DNA from: Deltaproteobacteria bacterium
GTDB taxonomy: Bacteria > Myxococcota > SpSt-1050 > JACRCP01
Direction: 5' to 3'
Assembly: GCA_016218965.1 (NCBI GenBank)
Contig: JACRCP010000150.1
Coordinates: 12,316 to 76,315 of the forward strand
DNA: 64,000 nt
Shown: piece by piece, positions 1-9,250 of the stretch
Numbering within the stretch: the first letter of the stretch is position 1
How the letters are laid out: the number at the start of each line of letters is the position of its first letter
Translations under genes and position numbers: made by a program
The notes under the pieces: generated by a model
Database searches by the model: none
Told to the model about the DNA's origin: nothing
What the model saw: only the letters and a program-made list of their open reading frames with translations

Positions 1-3000
1 ACGAACGCCCCGGCGGGGCCGTGCGTCATCAGTCTTCTCAACCCCGGCGACGACCCGGGATGGGCCTCAAACCCCATAAGCATCCCATACAACAACTACA
101 ACCAACCCGACGAGATTGACCAGTTCAACTACCTCACGTCCACCGTGTACTCCGTGCTGCAGGCGCTGCTCTCGAAGGCCGGGAACGCCGGGCAGGTCGG
201 CCTGATGCTCAACAGCAACATGGGCAACGACTACCGTTACGGACTGTCGGTCTTCAACGACTGGATCGGCAGGGACGGCGACGGCGCGTGCATCCTGTAC
301 GTCAACGCCAACAACGGCATCAAGGACAGCTCGACTACCGATTGCACCTCGCCGGCCCAATGGGACAACGGCACGGACAAGCGCGTCACCGCCGCGTGCG
401 AGCTCGACAGGATTTTCCTTGACGAGGCCGGTTTGAACAAGCTCCCCAAGGAGTGGCGCCCGTACTCCGAGGCGGGGGTCGAAATGTGGGAGTACTTCCA
501 CGGGGTGTACCCCATTTACTGCATCAAGCCGGCCGCCGTCTACCCGACGCCGTGGGGGAACGGGGACGCGACGAACATCCAGTACGATCTGGCGAACCAG
601 TCGCAGGTCGCCGTCAACGCCTTCACCCTGATGCTGGCCCTGGGCGCCCCCTCGCGGGAAGACGCCTACGCCGATTCAAACGGCGACAACGCCACGGTTG
701 ACTCCGTCGTCACGTACCCCAACGGCGGGACGCACTGGCTCGACGACGTCATGCTCAACACGTACCGGTACGACGGGATCCCCGACCCCGAGCAGGTGTA
801 CATAAACGCGGGCTTCCCCGACGCCACCTGGAAGGCGGGGTTTGCGCGGAAGTGCCAGTATCTCGGCTGGGCGAACAACCCCCCGCCCCCGTTCGGCGAC
901 GGCGCGGCGCGGAGCATCCTTGACCGCCAGGTCAACTGCACGCGGCAGACGGCCGCCACCGACGTGATATCGTTCGAGTACTACAACCCGCTCTTCGAGC
1001 TGACCGCCGCGCAGGCCGGGGGGCGCTACTGGCCCGTCTGGATCGACCCGAACATCGTCCCCGCGCCGACCAACGTGCAGATGAACGAGATCGTAGGCTA
1101 CGACTGCACCGCGCTCGCCGGCCCCCCCACTCCGGCGCCCAACGCGGCGTGCTGGACGGGGCTTTCGAAGGGGATCGTGACGTACCTGAGCACCGTCTGG
1201 AACCGAAACGTGAACATCAACAGGGCCTACGCAATCCCGACTCCCATCGCCGACATAGACCGGTACCATTCGTTCGACTGCGGGGCAAACCGCTACATCG
1301 TTTCCTCGTTCGTCCCCACGCAGGGCGCCAGGTTCGAGGGACACCTAAAGGCATATCCGTTCGGAGACCAGGGCACCGACGCGTTGGCCTGTCCCCTGCC
1401 CGTCATCCAGACCGTGGCAAATGACGTCCTCGAGGACAGCACGCCGCAGTATTCTTCGGGGGGCATGCTCAACTCGAACAACGTCGCCTGGGACGCGGCC
1501 TGGATGCTCCTCTCGAGCACCTACCAGCGCAGGGTCTTCACGTCCACCGTGGCCGGCGGCGTGTACACTCGCAGGGATTTCACCGACGACGCGAACATCA
1601 CGCCCGCGCTCCTCAATCTTTCGTCCGCCACAAGCGGCCTCCCATACGCCCTGTCGGAGAACGCGAAACGCGACAAGGTCCAGGAGGTGGTCATGCAGGG
1701 CACCTTCTCGTACTGGGAAGGCGGCTCGCGGCTCACGTCGTGGGTATTGGGCGACATCTACCATTCGCAGCCGGTGGTGGTCGGGAGGCCCAATCCGTAC
1801 TACTCCGACATCAACATCACCGACCTCAACATGAACGTGTACACCTCCGACCCGGCCTACGGCAACTTCGTCGACAACCAAAAGAACAGAACAAAGCTTG
1901 TGGTCGCCGGCGCCAACGACGGGTCGCTGCACGCATTCTACGGGGGACGGTGCATGCCGGAGCCGCTCACGCCGGGCCAGTGCAAGTACACGCCCACGGC
2001 CGACGACGGCAAAGAAGTCTGGGCATACGTCCCCAACGCGCTCCTCACGTCGGTGAAGTACAACGTCCCGGGCTGGAGCCTGGCCGACGCGCAGTGGGCC
2101 GCGGGCGAGGCGATGACCTCGAGCATCGTCAACAGGCCGTTCGGCGTCGACGGAAGCCCCGCGGTCGCCGACGTCTGGATCAACCAGGACCTCGTCAATC
2201 CGCCGGTCAAGGACTGCAACATGGGCGACCTCTACAACGTCTGCGAGTGGAAGACGTATCTTGCCGGCGGACTCGGGCTGGGCGGAAAAGGGGTGTACTT
2301 CCTGGACATCGGCGAGGTCGGGGCGACATTTGCCGGCCGGGTCGACCCGAAAGTCGTGAGCGAGTTCACGTACGGGAACGTGGGCTTCAAGCAGAGCGAG
2401 TACCTCGGCTACACCACGTCCGACCCCATCATCGGGAAGGTCAAGGTCTGCAACAACGACCTAAGCTGCAACGCCGGGTCGCAGCGCGAGCTCTGGGTGG
2501 CCATGTTCGGCGGCGGCTACGCGCCCGAGAGCGACCCCACCGACGTCAACGACTCGTACGACGCCGCGGCGAAGGGCGGACGGGCGTTTATCGTCGTCAA
2601 CCTCCGGACCGGAAACAAGGTCTTTGAGTTCAACCAGGCCGACGACGCCGCGATGGAGTTCGCGCTTGCCGCGCCGCCAAAGGCGCTTGACTCGAACGGC
2701 GACGCCTACATCGACGCCGTCTACGTGGGCGACCTCGGCGGCCAGCTCTGGCGGTTCGACATGAGCCAGTACGGCGGCACCAACGCCGACATCACGCCGT
2801 TCAACTCGACCGCGCAGGTCAAGAAATGCGACCCGGCCAACCTCGCTGACACAAACTGCTGGCGCGGGCAGCGCCTGTTTGCGGCGCCGCAGCCCGTCCA
2901 GAAGGGCAACCCCAAACCCTGTTCGTTCAGGAACTGCAAAAACTGCGTCGGGTGCGGCGGCGCCCTTGCCTGCAACACAAAAGTGGGCAAGCTCCGGTGC

Positions 3001-3750
3001 GCAAAGAACTGCGCGGTCTGCAACGCCGTGGCGTGGACCCCGTTCTGGACCGCCCCCGCGGTGGCAAAGAATACGTTCGGTCAGGTCTACCTGTTTGTCG
3101 GGACCGGGGACAGGACCAACATCATGTCGTACCTCGCCCCGCCCGCCGGCACGCCTGAGCGTCTGTACGGCATGCGCGACGCGCTCAGGGGCGCGCCGAC
3201 CGACCCCGCCAACCCCGCCCTTTGCGAAAACGGCGACGGGACATGTGCGGCGCCGGCGTTCCCGAGGTTAAACGAGGTCGTGGCGGCCAATTCCCCGTTT
3301 TTCGAGTCCGGCTGGTTCAGGAAGCTCCCTCAGGGCGAGAAGGTCCTGTCCCCCGCCGCGGCCGCGGGGTTCAACGTGTTCTTCACCGTCTTCAGCCCGC
3401 TCAGCAACGCCGCAACGTGGGTGCAGGAACGGCAGTACCTCGGCGACGCCAAGCTCTACGCGACGGACTTCATGTCCGGCGGGTCCCCCGACATCCAGAC
3501 GGCCAAACAGACCCCGGCCAATTTCTGGCAGGGCTTCAAGATCGGCCGCGACGTACCCAGCGCCCCCAAGATCGTGGCGCGGCCGTCCGACTACTCGAAC
3601 CCCGCAAGCCCCAAGGACGCTCAGACATCCATCGTGATTCACACCGGGGCGGGGGAGGTGCAGCAGATCCGCTCGCCGGGAAGCGCCTCGGGCCGGAGCG
3701 GCCTCTTGCCGCCGGTTTCGAGAGTCATATACTGGAGGGAGACGATGTAA
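1..3750 (+). CDS. pilY1: PilY1/PilC-like type IV pilus tip-associated adhesin, 5'-partial. The reading frame is open from position 1; the ORF track lists 145..3750.
   Basis: Frame 1 has no stop from nt 1 to 3750. The motif 'KLVVAGANDGSLHAF' matches the PilY1 beta-propeller signature (GANDGmLHAF). It is a large secreted protein with an internal Cys-rich insert (CSFRNCKNCVGCGG...CAKNCAVCNAV). Confidence 0.6.
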   Translation, partial: TNAPAGPCVISLLNPGDDPGWASNPISIPYNNYNQPDEIDQFNYLTSTVYSVLQALLSKAGNAGQVGLMLNSNMGNDYRYGLSVFNDWIGRDGDGACILYVNANNGIKDSSTTDCTSPAQWDNGTDKRVTAACELDRIFLDEAGLNKLPKEWRPYSEAGVEMWEYFHGVYPIYCIKPAAVYPTPWGNGDATNIQYDLANQSQVAVNAFTLMLALGAPSREDAYADSNGDNATVDSVVTYPNGGTHWLDDVMLNTYRYDGIPDPEQVYINAGFPDATWKAGFARKCQYLGWANNPPPPFGDGAARSILDRQVNCTRQTAATDVISFEYYNPLFELTAAQAGGRYWPVWIDPNIVPAPTNVQMNEIVGYDCTALAGPPTPAPNAACWTGLSKGIVTYLSTVWNRNVNINRAYAIPTPIADIDRYHSFDCGANRYIVSSFVPTQGARFEGHLKAYPFGDQGTDALACPLPVIQTVANDVLEDSTPQYSSGGMLNSNNVAWDAAWMLLSSTYQRRVFTSTVAGGVYTRRDFTDDANITPALLNLSSATSGLPYALSENAKRDKVQEVVMQGTFSYWEGGSRLTSWVLGDIYHSQPVVVGRPNPYYSDINITDLNMNVYTSDPAYGNFVDNQKNRTKLVVAGANDGSLHAFYGGRCMPEPLTPGQCKYTPTADDGKEVWAYVPNALLTSVKYNVPGWSLADAQWAAGEAMTSSIVNRPFGVDGSPAVADVWINQDLVNPPVKDCNMGDLYNVCEWKTYLAGGLGLGGKGVYFLDIGEVGATFAGRVDPKVVSEFTYGNVGFKQSEYLGYTTSDPIIGKVKVCNNDLSCNAGSQRELWVAMFGGGYAPESDPTDVNDSYDAAAKGGRAFIVVNLRTGNKVFEFNQADDAAMEFALAAPPKALDSNGDAYIDAVYVGDLGGQLWRFDMSQYGGTNADITPFNSTAQVKKCDPANLADTNCWRGQRLFAAPQPVQKGNPKPCSFRNCKNCVGCGGALACNTKVGKLRCAKNCAVCNAVAWTPFWTAPAVAKNTFGQVYLFVGTGDRTNIMSYLAPPAGTPERLYGMRDALRGAPTDPANPALCENGDGTCAAPAFPRLNEVVAANSPFFESGWFRKLPQGEKVLSPAAAAGFNVFFTVFSPLSNAATWVQERQYLGDAKLYATDFMSGGSPDIQTAKQTPANFWQGFKIGRDVPSAPKIVARPSDYSNPASPKDAQTSIVIHTGAGEVQQIRSPGSASGRSGLLPPVSRVIYWRETM

Positions 3751-3753
3751 GGG

Positions 3754-3896
3754 TTCGCGCAAAAATAAGTTCGCATTTATGGGCGTCGAAGCGCCCGGCC
3801 GGCGAGGCGCAAGGAGCGCCGCGTACCAGAGGTACGTAAGCGACGCGCAACGAAGTCGGACGGGATGCATCGGCGGTCAGAAATGTGAAGTTATTT
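3754..3896. repeat. Imperfect inverted repeat with AT-rich arms (TCGCGCAAAAATAAgTTC / GAAcTTATTTTTGCGCGA). The arms flank about 100 bp of GC-rich hairpin-prone sequence between the convergent pilY1 and folC genes.
   Basis: Arms at 3754-3775 and 3877-3896 are reverse complements with one mismatch. The interior contains GGGCGtcgaaGCGCCC and other short stems. Confidence 0.5.
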
Positions 3897-5190
3897 TTGC
3901 GCGAGCCCTATGCCGCAGGAATGCCGACGCCTCGCCCACGAGGTACAGCGAACCGGAGACCAGAACCAGGCCTCCGGTTTTTTTTGCGCGCGCGGCGGCG
4001 CCCGCGACGGCCCGCGCGGCGTCCGGGGCGGTGACGGCGCCGCGGCCGGCACGCTCGAACTCCGCCGCCACGACCGCCGGATCGGCCGAACGGGAGGACC
4101 TGGGACAGACCACGACGACGTCCGAGACCGCGGGCGCCAGCACCGCGGCCATCCACGCGTAGTCCTTGTCCGAAAGCGCGCCGAACACTAGGTGGACCGG
4201 CCGGCACGGCGCCCGCTCGCGAAGCGTTTCGACAAGGGCACGGGCGCCATGGGGGTTGTGCGCGCCGTCCAACACCACCGGGGGATCGCCCGCCACGACC
4301 TCGAACCTCCCGGGCCACGATGCCGCAAGAAGCGCCGCCCGGACCTTCGCCTCGTCCGGTTCTACGCCCGCTGCGCCTGCGGCTGCCGCAAACGCCGCGA
4401 GCGCAAGCGATGCGTTCGCCGCCTGGTGCGGCCCCAAAAGCGAAAGCTCGATGCCCGCCACAGCCAGGCCGGGGCCGCGGTAGTCAAACACCTCGGGATC
4501 CAAAAGACCGGAGGCCGGCCTTCTCGCAAATGAGAACTCGCGCCCGGCAACGCAGAGCCGGGCGCCTTCGGTGGCGCACGCGGCGCCGATGACGGCGGCC
4601 GCGGCGGGTTCCTGCGCGGCCGACACGACCGGAATCCCCGGCCGGATGACCGCGGCCTTCTCCCGCGCGATGGACGCAAGGTCCGGCCCGAGCTCCGCCG
4701 TGTGGTCGAGGCCGACGGGCGTGATGACCGCGGCGATCGCGTCCGCCGTGTTCGTGGCGTCGAGCCGGCCGCCCATCCCCACCTCGAGCACGGCGAGGAG
4801 CACGCCCAGCCGCCTGAAGTGCTCGAAGGCGGCGAGTGTGAGGAACTCGAAATACGTGAGCGCATGGGCCTCGCCGGCGCGGCGAAGCCCCGCGACCAGC
4901 GCGTCGAGGCCGCCGTCGGAGATGTCGGTGCCGCAGTACGAGATGCGTTCGTTGACCCTGACCAGGTTGGGGGAAGTGTACAGCCCCGAGGGCACGCCGT
5001 GTTTGAGTGCCAGCGCGTAAAGGAGGCTCGAGACCGACCCCTTGCCGTTGGTCCCGGCGACGATGACGGGAAGGAACGCCCGCTCGGGGTGCCCGAGGTC
5101 GGCGCACGCCGCGCGCATACGGTCCAGCCCCAGCGAAACGCCGCGGCCCGCGAGCTTGTCAAGATATGCCTGCGTCTCTCGAAGGAGCAT
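3877..5190 (-). CDS. folC: Bifunctional folylpolyglutamate synthase / dihydrofolate synthase (Mur ligase family).
   Basis: ATG verified at 5190. It carries the 'AGTNGKGS' P-loop and 'DGAHNP' motifs typical of FolC. 437 aa. Confidence 0.8.
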   Translation of the reverse strand: MLLRETQAYLDKLAGRGVSLGLDRMRAACADLGHPERAFLPVIVAGTNGKGSVSSLLYALALKHGVPSGLYTSPNLVRVNERISYCGTDISDGGLDALVAGLRRAGEAHALTYFEFLTLAAFEHFRRLGVLLAVLEVGMGGRLDATNTADAIAAVITPVGLDHTAELGPDLASIAREKAAVIRPGIPVVSAAQEPAAAAVIGAACATEGARLCVAGREFSFARRPASGLLDPEVFDYRGPGLAVAGIELSLLGPHQAANASLALAAFAAAAGAAGVEPDEAKVRAALLAASWPGRFEVVAGDPPVVLDGAHNPHGARALVETLRERAPCRPVHLVFGALSDKDYAWMAAVLAPAVSDVVVVCPRSSRSADPAVVAAEFERAGRGAVTAPDAARAVAGAAARAKKTGGLVLVSGSLYLVGEASAFLRHRARAKITSHF

Positions 5191-5233
5191 TGCAACCCGA
5201 ACCCTCAGCCGCGGCCATCCGGTTTCTCCGCGA

Positions 5234-5998
5234 TCAGAACGTGAACGTGTCGCCGGGCGAGAGCGGGTAGATCTCGGCGCGCCCGACGCGGTGGAGCTGA
5301 GCGCGGAGCGCGCGCGCGAACGCCGGTTTGAAGTGGTAGAGAAACACGGGGATGTCCCGGCGTTCGAGCTTCCGGAGCTCGGCGCCCAGCCGCCGGGGTG
5401 TCATGTGCCCGCTGATTTTCGCCACCTCGATCTGTTCGTCGGGAAACGAAAGCTCGACCATCGCGAACCGGAGGTTCTCGGTGCGGTTCAACTCTTTCCA
5501 GAAACGCGTGGTCGGACCCGTGTCCCCGCTCATGGCGAACGCCCCGGACCGGCCTTTCACGATGAACCCCATGGACTCGACGGGGTGCGCAACCGGGACC
5601 GGAAGGACCGAAAGCCCGGCGACCTCAAACGCATGCCCCGGCCTGAAAACCTTGAGCGCAAACGTCGGGTTTTTCCTGGAGGGGATGCGCGTGAAATCGG
5701 GCCAGAGCCGGTCGTTGAAAAAGAACTTCCGGATGGCCTCTATGGTCCTTGGCGAGCCGTGAATGGTCACGGGCCGCCTGCGCCGCCCGGCCACCACGTC
5801 GGCCATCATCGCGAGGTCCTTGATATGGTCGAAGTGCGAGTGGGAGACGACAATGTCGTCAATCTCGACCTGCTGGTCTATCGTCAGGTTCGAAACCAGC
5901 GCCCCCGCGTCAATCAGCAGGCGCTCGCCGACCTGCACGCACGTCGTCTTGAGATCCAAAAGCTCGCCGCCGTGGCAATCCAGCACCCTGATCTGCAT
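5234..5998 (-). CDS. MBL-fold metallohydrolase, likely a class II 3',5'-cyclic-nucleotide phosphodiesterase.
   Basis: The 'VVSHSHFDHIKDL' sequence matches the HxHxDH metallo-beta-lactamase / class II cAMP-PDE signature. ATG at 5998 with an upstream GGAGAG. It sits next to the Crp and adenylate cyclase genes. Confidence 0.5.
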   Translation of the reverse strand: MQIRVLDCHGGELLDLKTTCVQVGERLLIDAGALVSNLTIDQQVEIDDIVVSHSHFDHIKDLAMMADVVAGRRRRPVTIHGSPRTIEAIRKFFFNDRLWPDFTRIPSRKNPTFALKVFRPGHAFEVAGLSVLPVPVAHPVESMGFIVKGRSGAFAMSGDTGPTTRFWKELNRTENLRFAMVELSFPDEQIEVAKISGHMTPRRLGAELRKLERRDIPVFLYHFKPAFARALRAQLHRVGRAEIYPLSPGDTFTF

Positions 5999-6018
5999 GC
6001 GACTCTCCGCGGGAAGGG

Positions 6019-6654
6019 TCAGTACTCGCCGAACTTCTGCTTCATCTCGAGGAACTCGAGGTACTTGCGCAGCATCTCGGCCGATTGGACGTTAAAACCC
6101 CCGTCCGCCGCCGCGACCAGCCCCTTTTTGGCGAGCTTGTCCATCACCTCGCGGACGCTTGACTCCTCGAGCCCCAGCCAGCCGCACATCGCGGCCACGT
6201 CCGCCACCGACTGGCTGCGGGTCCCCTCGACCAGGTGGGCAAGGTAATGGACGATGCGGCTCTCGTGGTCCTTCAAGAGGAGGTTCTCAATCTGCGCGTC
6301 GGCCTCCTCGAGCCGGGCGGCCAGCTTCTTGATAAACCGGAACGCAATCTCGGTGTTGGCGAGAAGCATCTTCTCGAAGACCTCGGGCTCGATCACGAGG
6401 ACCTTCGCCTCCTCGACGACGGTGGCCGTCGCGATGCGGGGACGGTTGTTGATGAACGACATCTCGCCGAAAAACTCGCCCGGTTCCGCGAGGATGTCGA
6501 GAAGCTTCTCGATCTCGCGGATGCGCTTCGAGATCTTCACCTTACCCGACTGGAGGATGAACACGTCGCGCGTGGTTTCGCCCTCGCGGAACAGGACGGT
6601 GTCGGCCGGGAACGACTTCCCGAATTTCTGAAACAGCTGCTCGTTGACGTCCAT
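6019..6654 (-). CDS. Crp/Fnr family cNMP-binding transcriptional regulator.
   Basis: It has a cNMP-binding beta-roll (FREGETTRDVFILQSGKVKISK...FGEMSF) and a C-terminal HTH (RSQSVADVAAMCGW). ATG verified at 6654. Confidence 0.8.
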   Translation of the reverse strand: MDVNEQLFQKFGKSFPADTVLFREGETTRDVFILQSGKVKISKRIREIEKLLDILAEPGEFFGEMSFINNRPRIATATVVEEAKVLVIEPEVFEKMLLANTEIAFRFIKKLAARLEEADAQIENLLLKDHESRIVHYLAHLVEGTRSQSVADVAAMCGWLGLEESSVREVMDKLAKKGLVAAADGGFNVQSAEMLRKYLEFLEMKQKFGEY

Positions 6655-6670
6655 CCGAATTCCCTCATGC

Positions 6671-8980
6671 CTACTTCGTCTTCATCACCCACACGCCGTC
6701 CCAGTCGGCGTCGGGGGCGTTTTCCTTGAGATACTCGATCCGCTCGAGGTACCGTTTTGACGGCGGGTCCCCGCCGGGCCGCATCCCGTCGGATTTGGCG
6801 AAGAGCGCCGCCGCCGCCTCCCACTTCTGCGTGCGGAACGCCTTGAGCCCATCCTCGAAGGTCGAGATGTACGTCTGCTGCTCTGGGGTGGGCATCCCGC
6901 GTGAAACGAGTTCGAATGTCTTCACCGGCTCCTTCTTGCCCTTGACCCGGATGAGGTCGAGCTCGCGGACCGCGAACTGCCCGGCGATCTGCGCCTGCGT
7001 GAACTCGGAGATGATGATGTTGGTCCCGTACTCCTTGTTGACGCCCTCCAGACGGCTCCCCAGGTTCACGTTGTCGCCGATGACCGTGTACTCGAACTTG
7101 ACGTCCGAGCCCATGTTCCCCACGATCATCTCGCCCGTGTTGATCCCGATGCCGATGTTGATCTCGGGAAGCCCCCGTTCCTTCCAGGACGCCCGGAGGA
7201 CCTTGAGCTCGTCCATCATGTCGAGCGCGGTCGCGCAGCAGCGGGCCGCGTGATCGGGCTGATCCAGCGGCGCGCCGAAGATGGCCATGATGGCGTCGCC
7301 CATGTACTTGTCGAGCGTCCCCTCGTGCTTGAAGACCAGGTTCGTCATGGGCGTCAGGTACTCGTTTAGCTGGTGGACGAGCTGTTCCGGCTTGAGCTTC
7401 TCGGAGATGCTGGTGAACCCCCGGATGTCCGAAAAGAACACCGTGAGCACCTTCTTCTGCCCGCCGAGCTGGAGCTTGGTCGGGTCGCGGAGCACTTCCT
7501 CGACGACCGACTTGGTCACGTAGGTCGAGAACGTTTTCCGGATCCGCGTCTTGTCGCGCTCTTCGGTGAAGTAGCGGAAGACCGATATCCCGATCAGAAG
7601 GATCACCGCCTGGAGGCCCTGGAGGAGGATCTTCGTGTGTAACCCGTTCTTGTAGAAAAGCTGGAAGTCGACCACGAAGAAGGCCAGCGTGATGACCACC
7701 ACGAGTATCGCACCGTACTGAAGCTTCAGGCGCGTGAGAAGAAGCCCGAAGACGACACCGAGGACCAGCATGATGACGAGCTCGAGCACTATGATCATGT
7801 TCGGCCGGGTTTGAAAATCCTCCGAAAGGATGTTCTCGATGACGTTGGCGTGGATCTCGACCCCGGGGTACCCCTCGGACTCGAACGGCGTCGGCCGGAG
7901 GTCGAACACGCCCACCGTCGTCACCCCGAAGAGCACTATCTTGTCCTTGAGATCCTCGGCCCTGACGGCGCCGTTCCAGACGTCGACCGCGCTCAGGTGC
8001 CGGAACGTCTTGCTGGGACCGTAGTATTTCACGATGAACCTGAGCGTGTCGTCCAGCGGTATCTCCTTGTCGCCCACCATGAGCTTGGCCATCTTGCCCT
8101 CTTCGAGGGCGGCCTGGGTGCCGATGTCAACCTTGATGTTTCCGTTGAGCGCCACCTGCAGGGTCGCCAGGGACAGCGACGGATAGAAGTTGTCGGCGAA
8201 CTTGAAGAACATCGGCACCGAGCGGTACAGCCCGTCGCGGTCCGGAATCTGGTTGAAATAACCCATGCGGGACGAGCCTGCGGACACCTCGGGTATGTTG
8301 ACTCGGACGCCGACCATGGTCGGCACGCTCACGGGGGCGTTCGGCGAGATGCGCACGATGTTGATGCGGGACGGCTCGACCACCTTCACCCCGTCGAGGT
8401 AGCTGCTCTTCTCGAGGCTCCGCACCTCTTCTTCCTGGGTGAAGAAAAAATAGCCCAGCACGGCCGGCGATTTGGACAGGGCCTCGCCGAACCTCGTGTC
8501 ATTGACCCCGCACCCGTAGGTCTCGTCGACTTCCTTCTCGAGCGCCGCCGCCTTCTCGGGCCCCTCGACGGCGGCCAGCCGCCCGAATATGCGCCGGCAG
8601 GCGACGTCGCTCGTGTCTGGTTCCGCATAGATGATATCGAACCCGACCACCTTGACACCGGCGGCCGTCAGCTTCTCCATGATATCGGCGAAGACCTTGT
8701 GCGACCACGGCCACTGCCCGAAGGTCCCCATGCTCTTTTCGTCCGCGGCCAGGATGACCACGCGCTCGCTGTGCGGCATCTTCCCGCGCACGTTGAGCTT
8801 GGAGTCGAGAACCTTCATCTCGACCAGATCCAGGAAATCAGTGAGAAAGTTGTCCCTGAACCGCCCCAGGTCCAGCGAGCCCTTGAGCAGGCAGAACCCG
8901 AGCGTGATGGCGAGCGCCAGCTTGAATCCCGTGAACTTGAGCAGATCCCGCACGAATCCCCTCCCCGAAGGTGCGCGCAT
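6671..8980 (-). CDS. CHASE2 sensor domain plus class III adenylate/guanylate cyclase.
   Basis: The N-terminus has a TM helix and an extracytoplasmic CHASE2-like region, followed by two or three TM helices. The C-terminal cyclase domain has 'FSDIRGFTSISEKL' and 'GDAIMAIFGAP'. ATG at 8980. Confidence 0.8.
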   Translation of the reverse strand: MRAPSGRGFVRDLLKFTGFKLALAITLGFCLLKGSLDLGRFRDNFLTDFLDLVEMKVLDSKLNVRGKMPHSERVVILAADEKSMGTFGQWPWSHKVFADIMEKLTAAGVKVVGFDIIYAEPDTSDVACRRIFGRLAAVEGPEKAAALEKEVDETYGCGVNDTRFGEALSKSPAVLGYFFFTQEEEVRSLEKSSYLDGVKVVEPSRINIVRISPNAPVSVPTMVGVRVNIPEVSAGSSRMGYFNQIPDRDGLYRSVPMFFKFADNFYPSLSLATLQVALNGNIKVDIGTQAALEEGKMAKLMVGDKEIPLDDTLRFIVKYYGPSKTFRHLSAVDVWNGAVRAEDLKDKIVLFGVTTVGVFDLRPTPFESEGYPGVEIHANVIENILSEDFQTRPNMIIVLELVIMLVLGVVFGLLLTRLKLQYGAILVVVITLAFFVVDFQLFYKNGLHTKILLQGLQAVILLIGISVFRYFTEERDKTRIRKTFSTYVTKSVVEEVLRDPTKLQLGGQKKVLTVFFSDIRGFTSISEKLKPEQLVHQLNEYLTPMTNLVFKHEGTLDKYMGDAIMAIFGAPLDQPDHAARCCATALDMMDELKVLRASWKERGLPEINIGIGINTGEMIVGNMGSDVKFEYTVIGDNVNLGSRLEGVNKEYGTNIIISEFTQAQIAGQFAVRELDLIRVKGKKEPVKTFELVSRGMPTPEQQTYISTFEDGLKAFRTQKWEAAAALFAKSDGMRPGGDPPSKRYLERIEYLKENAPDADWDGVWVMKTK

Positions 8981-9170
8981 TATACGGTCCGGTGCCCCTC
9001 AAGTAAAGAACAATGAACCGCGTTTTGTGATCATTCGGTCTTGGGTGGGGGACGGGTTTCCCGGAGCGGCGTGTTTTCGGCAACCGCCGGGCAAAGTTAG
9101 ATGATGACGCATCGGAAACTGACGCGCAGGGGAAGCCGGCCCCCATCCGAGACTGAATCCTTACCGCGTT

Positions 9171-9202
9171 TTGTGTTGCGTTTGGCGGAGCGTTTGTATA
9201 AT
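9171..9202 (+). promoter_or_regulatory. Sigma70-type promoter for ppiD: TTGTGT, 18-nt spacer, extended -10 TGTATAAT.
   Basis: Read directly: ttgtgt tgcgtttggcggagcgtt tgtataat. It lies about 50 nt upstream of the ppiD ATG at 9251. Confidence 0.45.
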
Positions 9203-9250
9203 ATCCGCGTCCGTCGCGCGGGGCGCCTGACGGAAAAAACGGGGTAAGAA

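Noticed and set aside
676-1932. Long antisense ORFs (676..1344 and 1345..1932 on the minus strand) and many plus-frame ORFs inside pilY1.
   Set aside because: They are Arg/Gly/Pro-rich translations typical of off-frame high-GC sequence, with no motifs, and lie fully inside a convincing coding frame.
4362-5195. 277-aa and 207-aa alternative-frame ORFs overlapping folC.
   Set aside because: Low-complexity R/S/P-rich products. folC in the other frame has canonical motifs.
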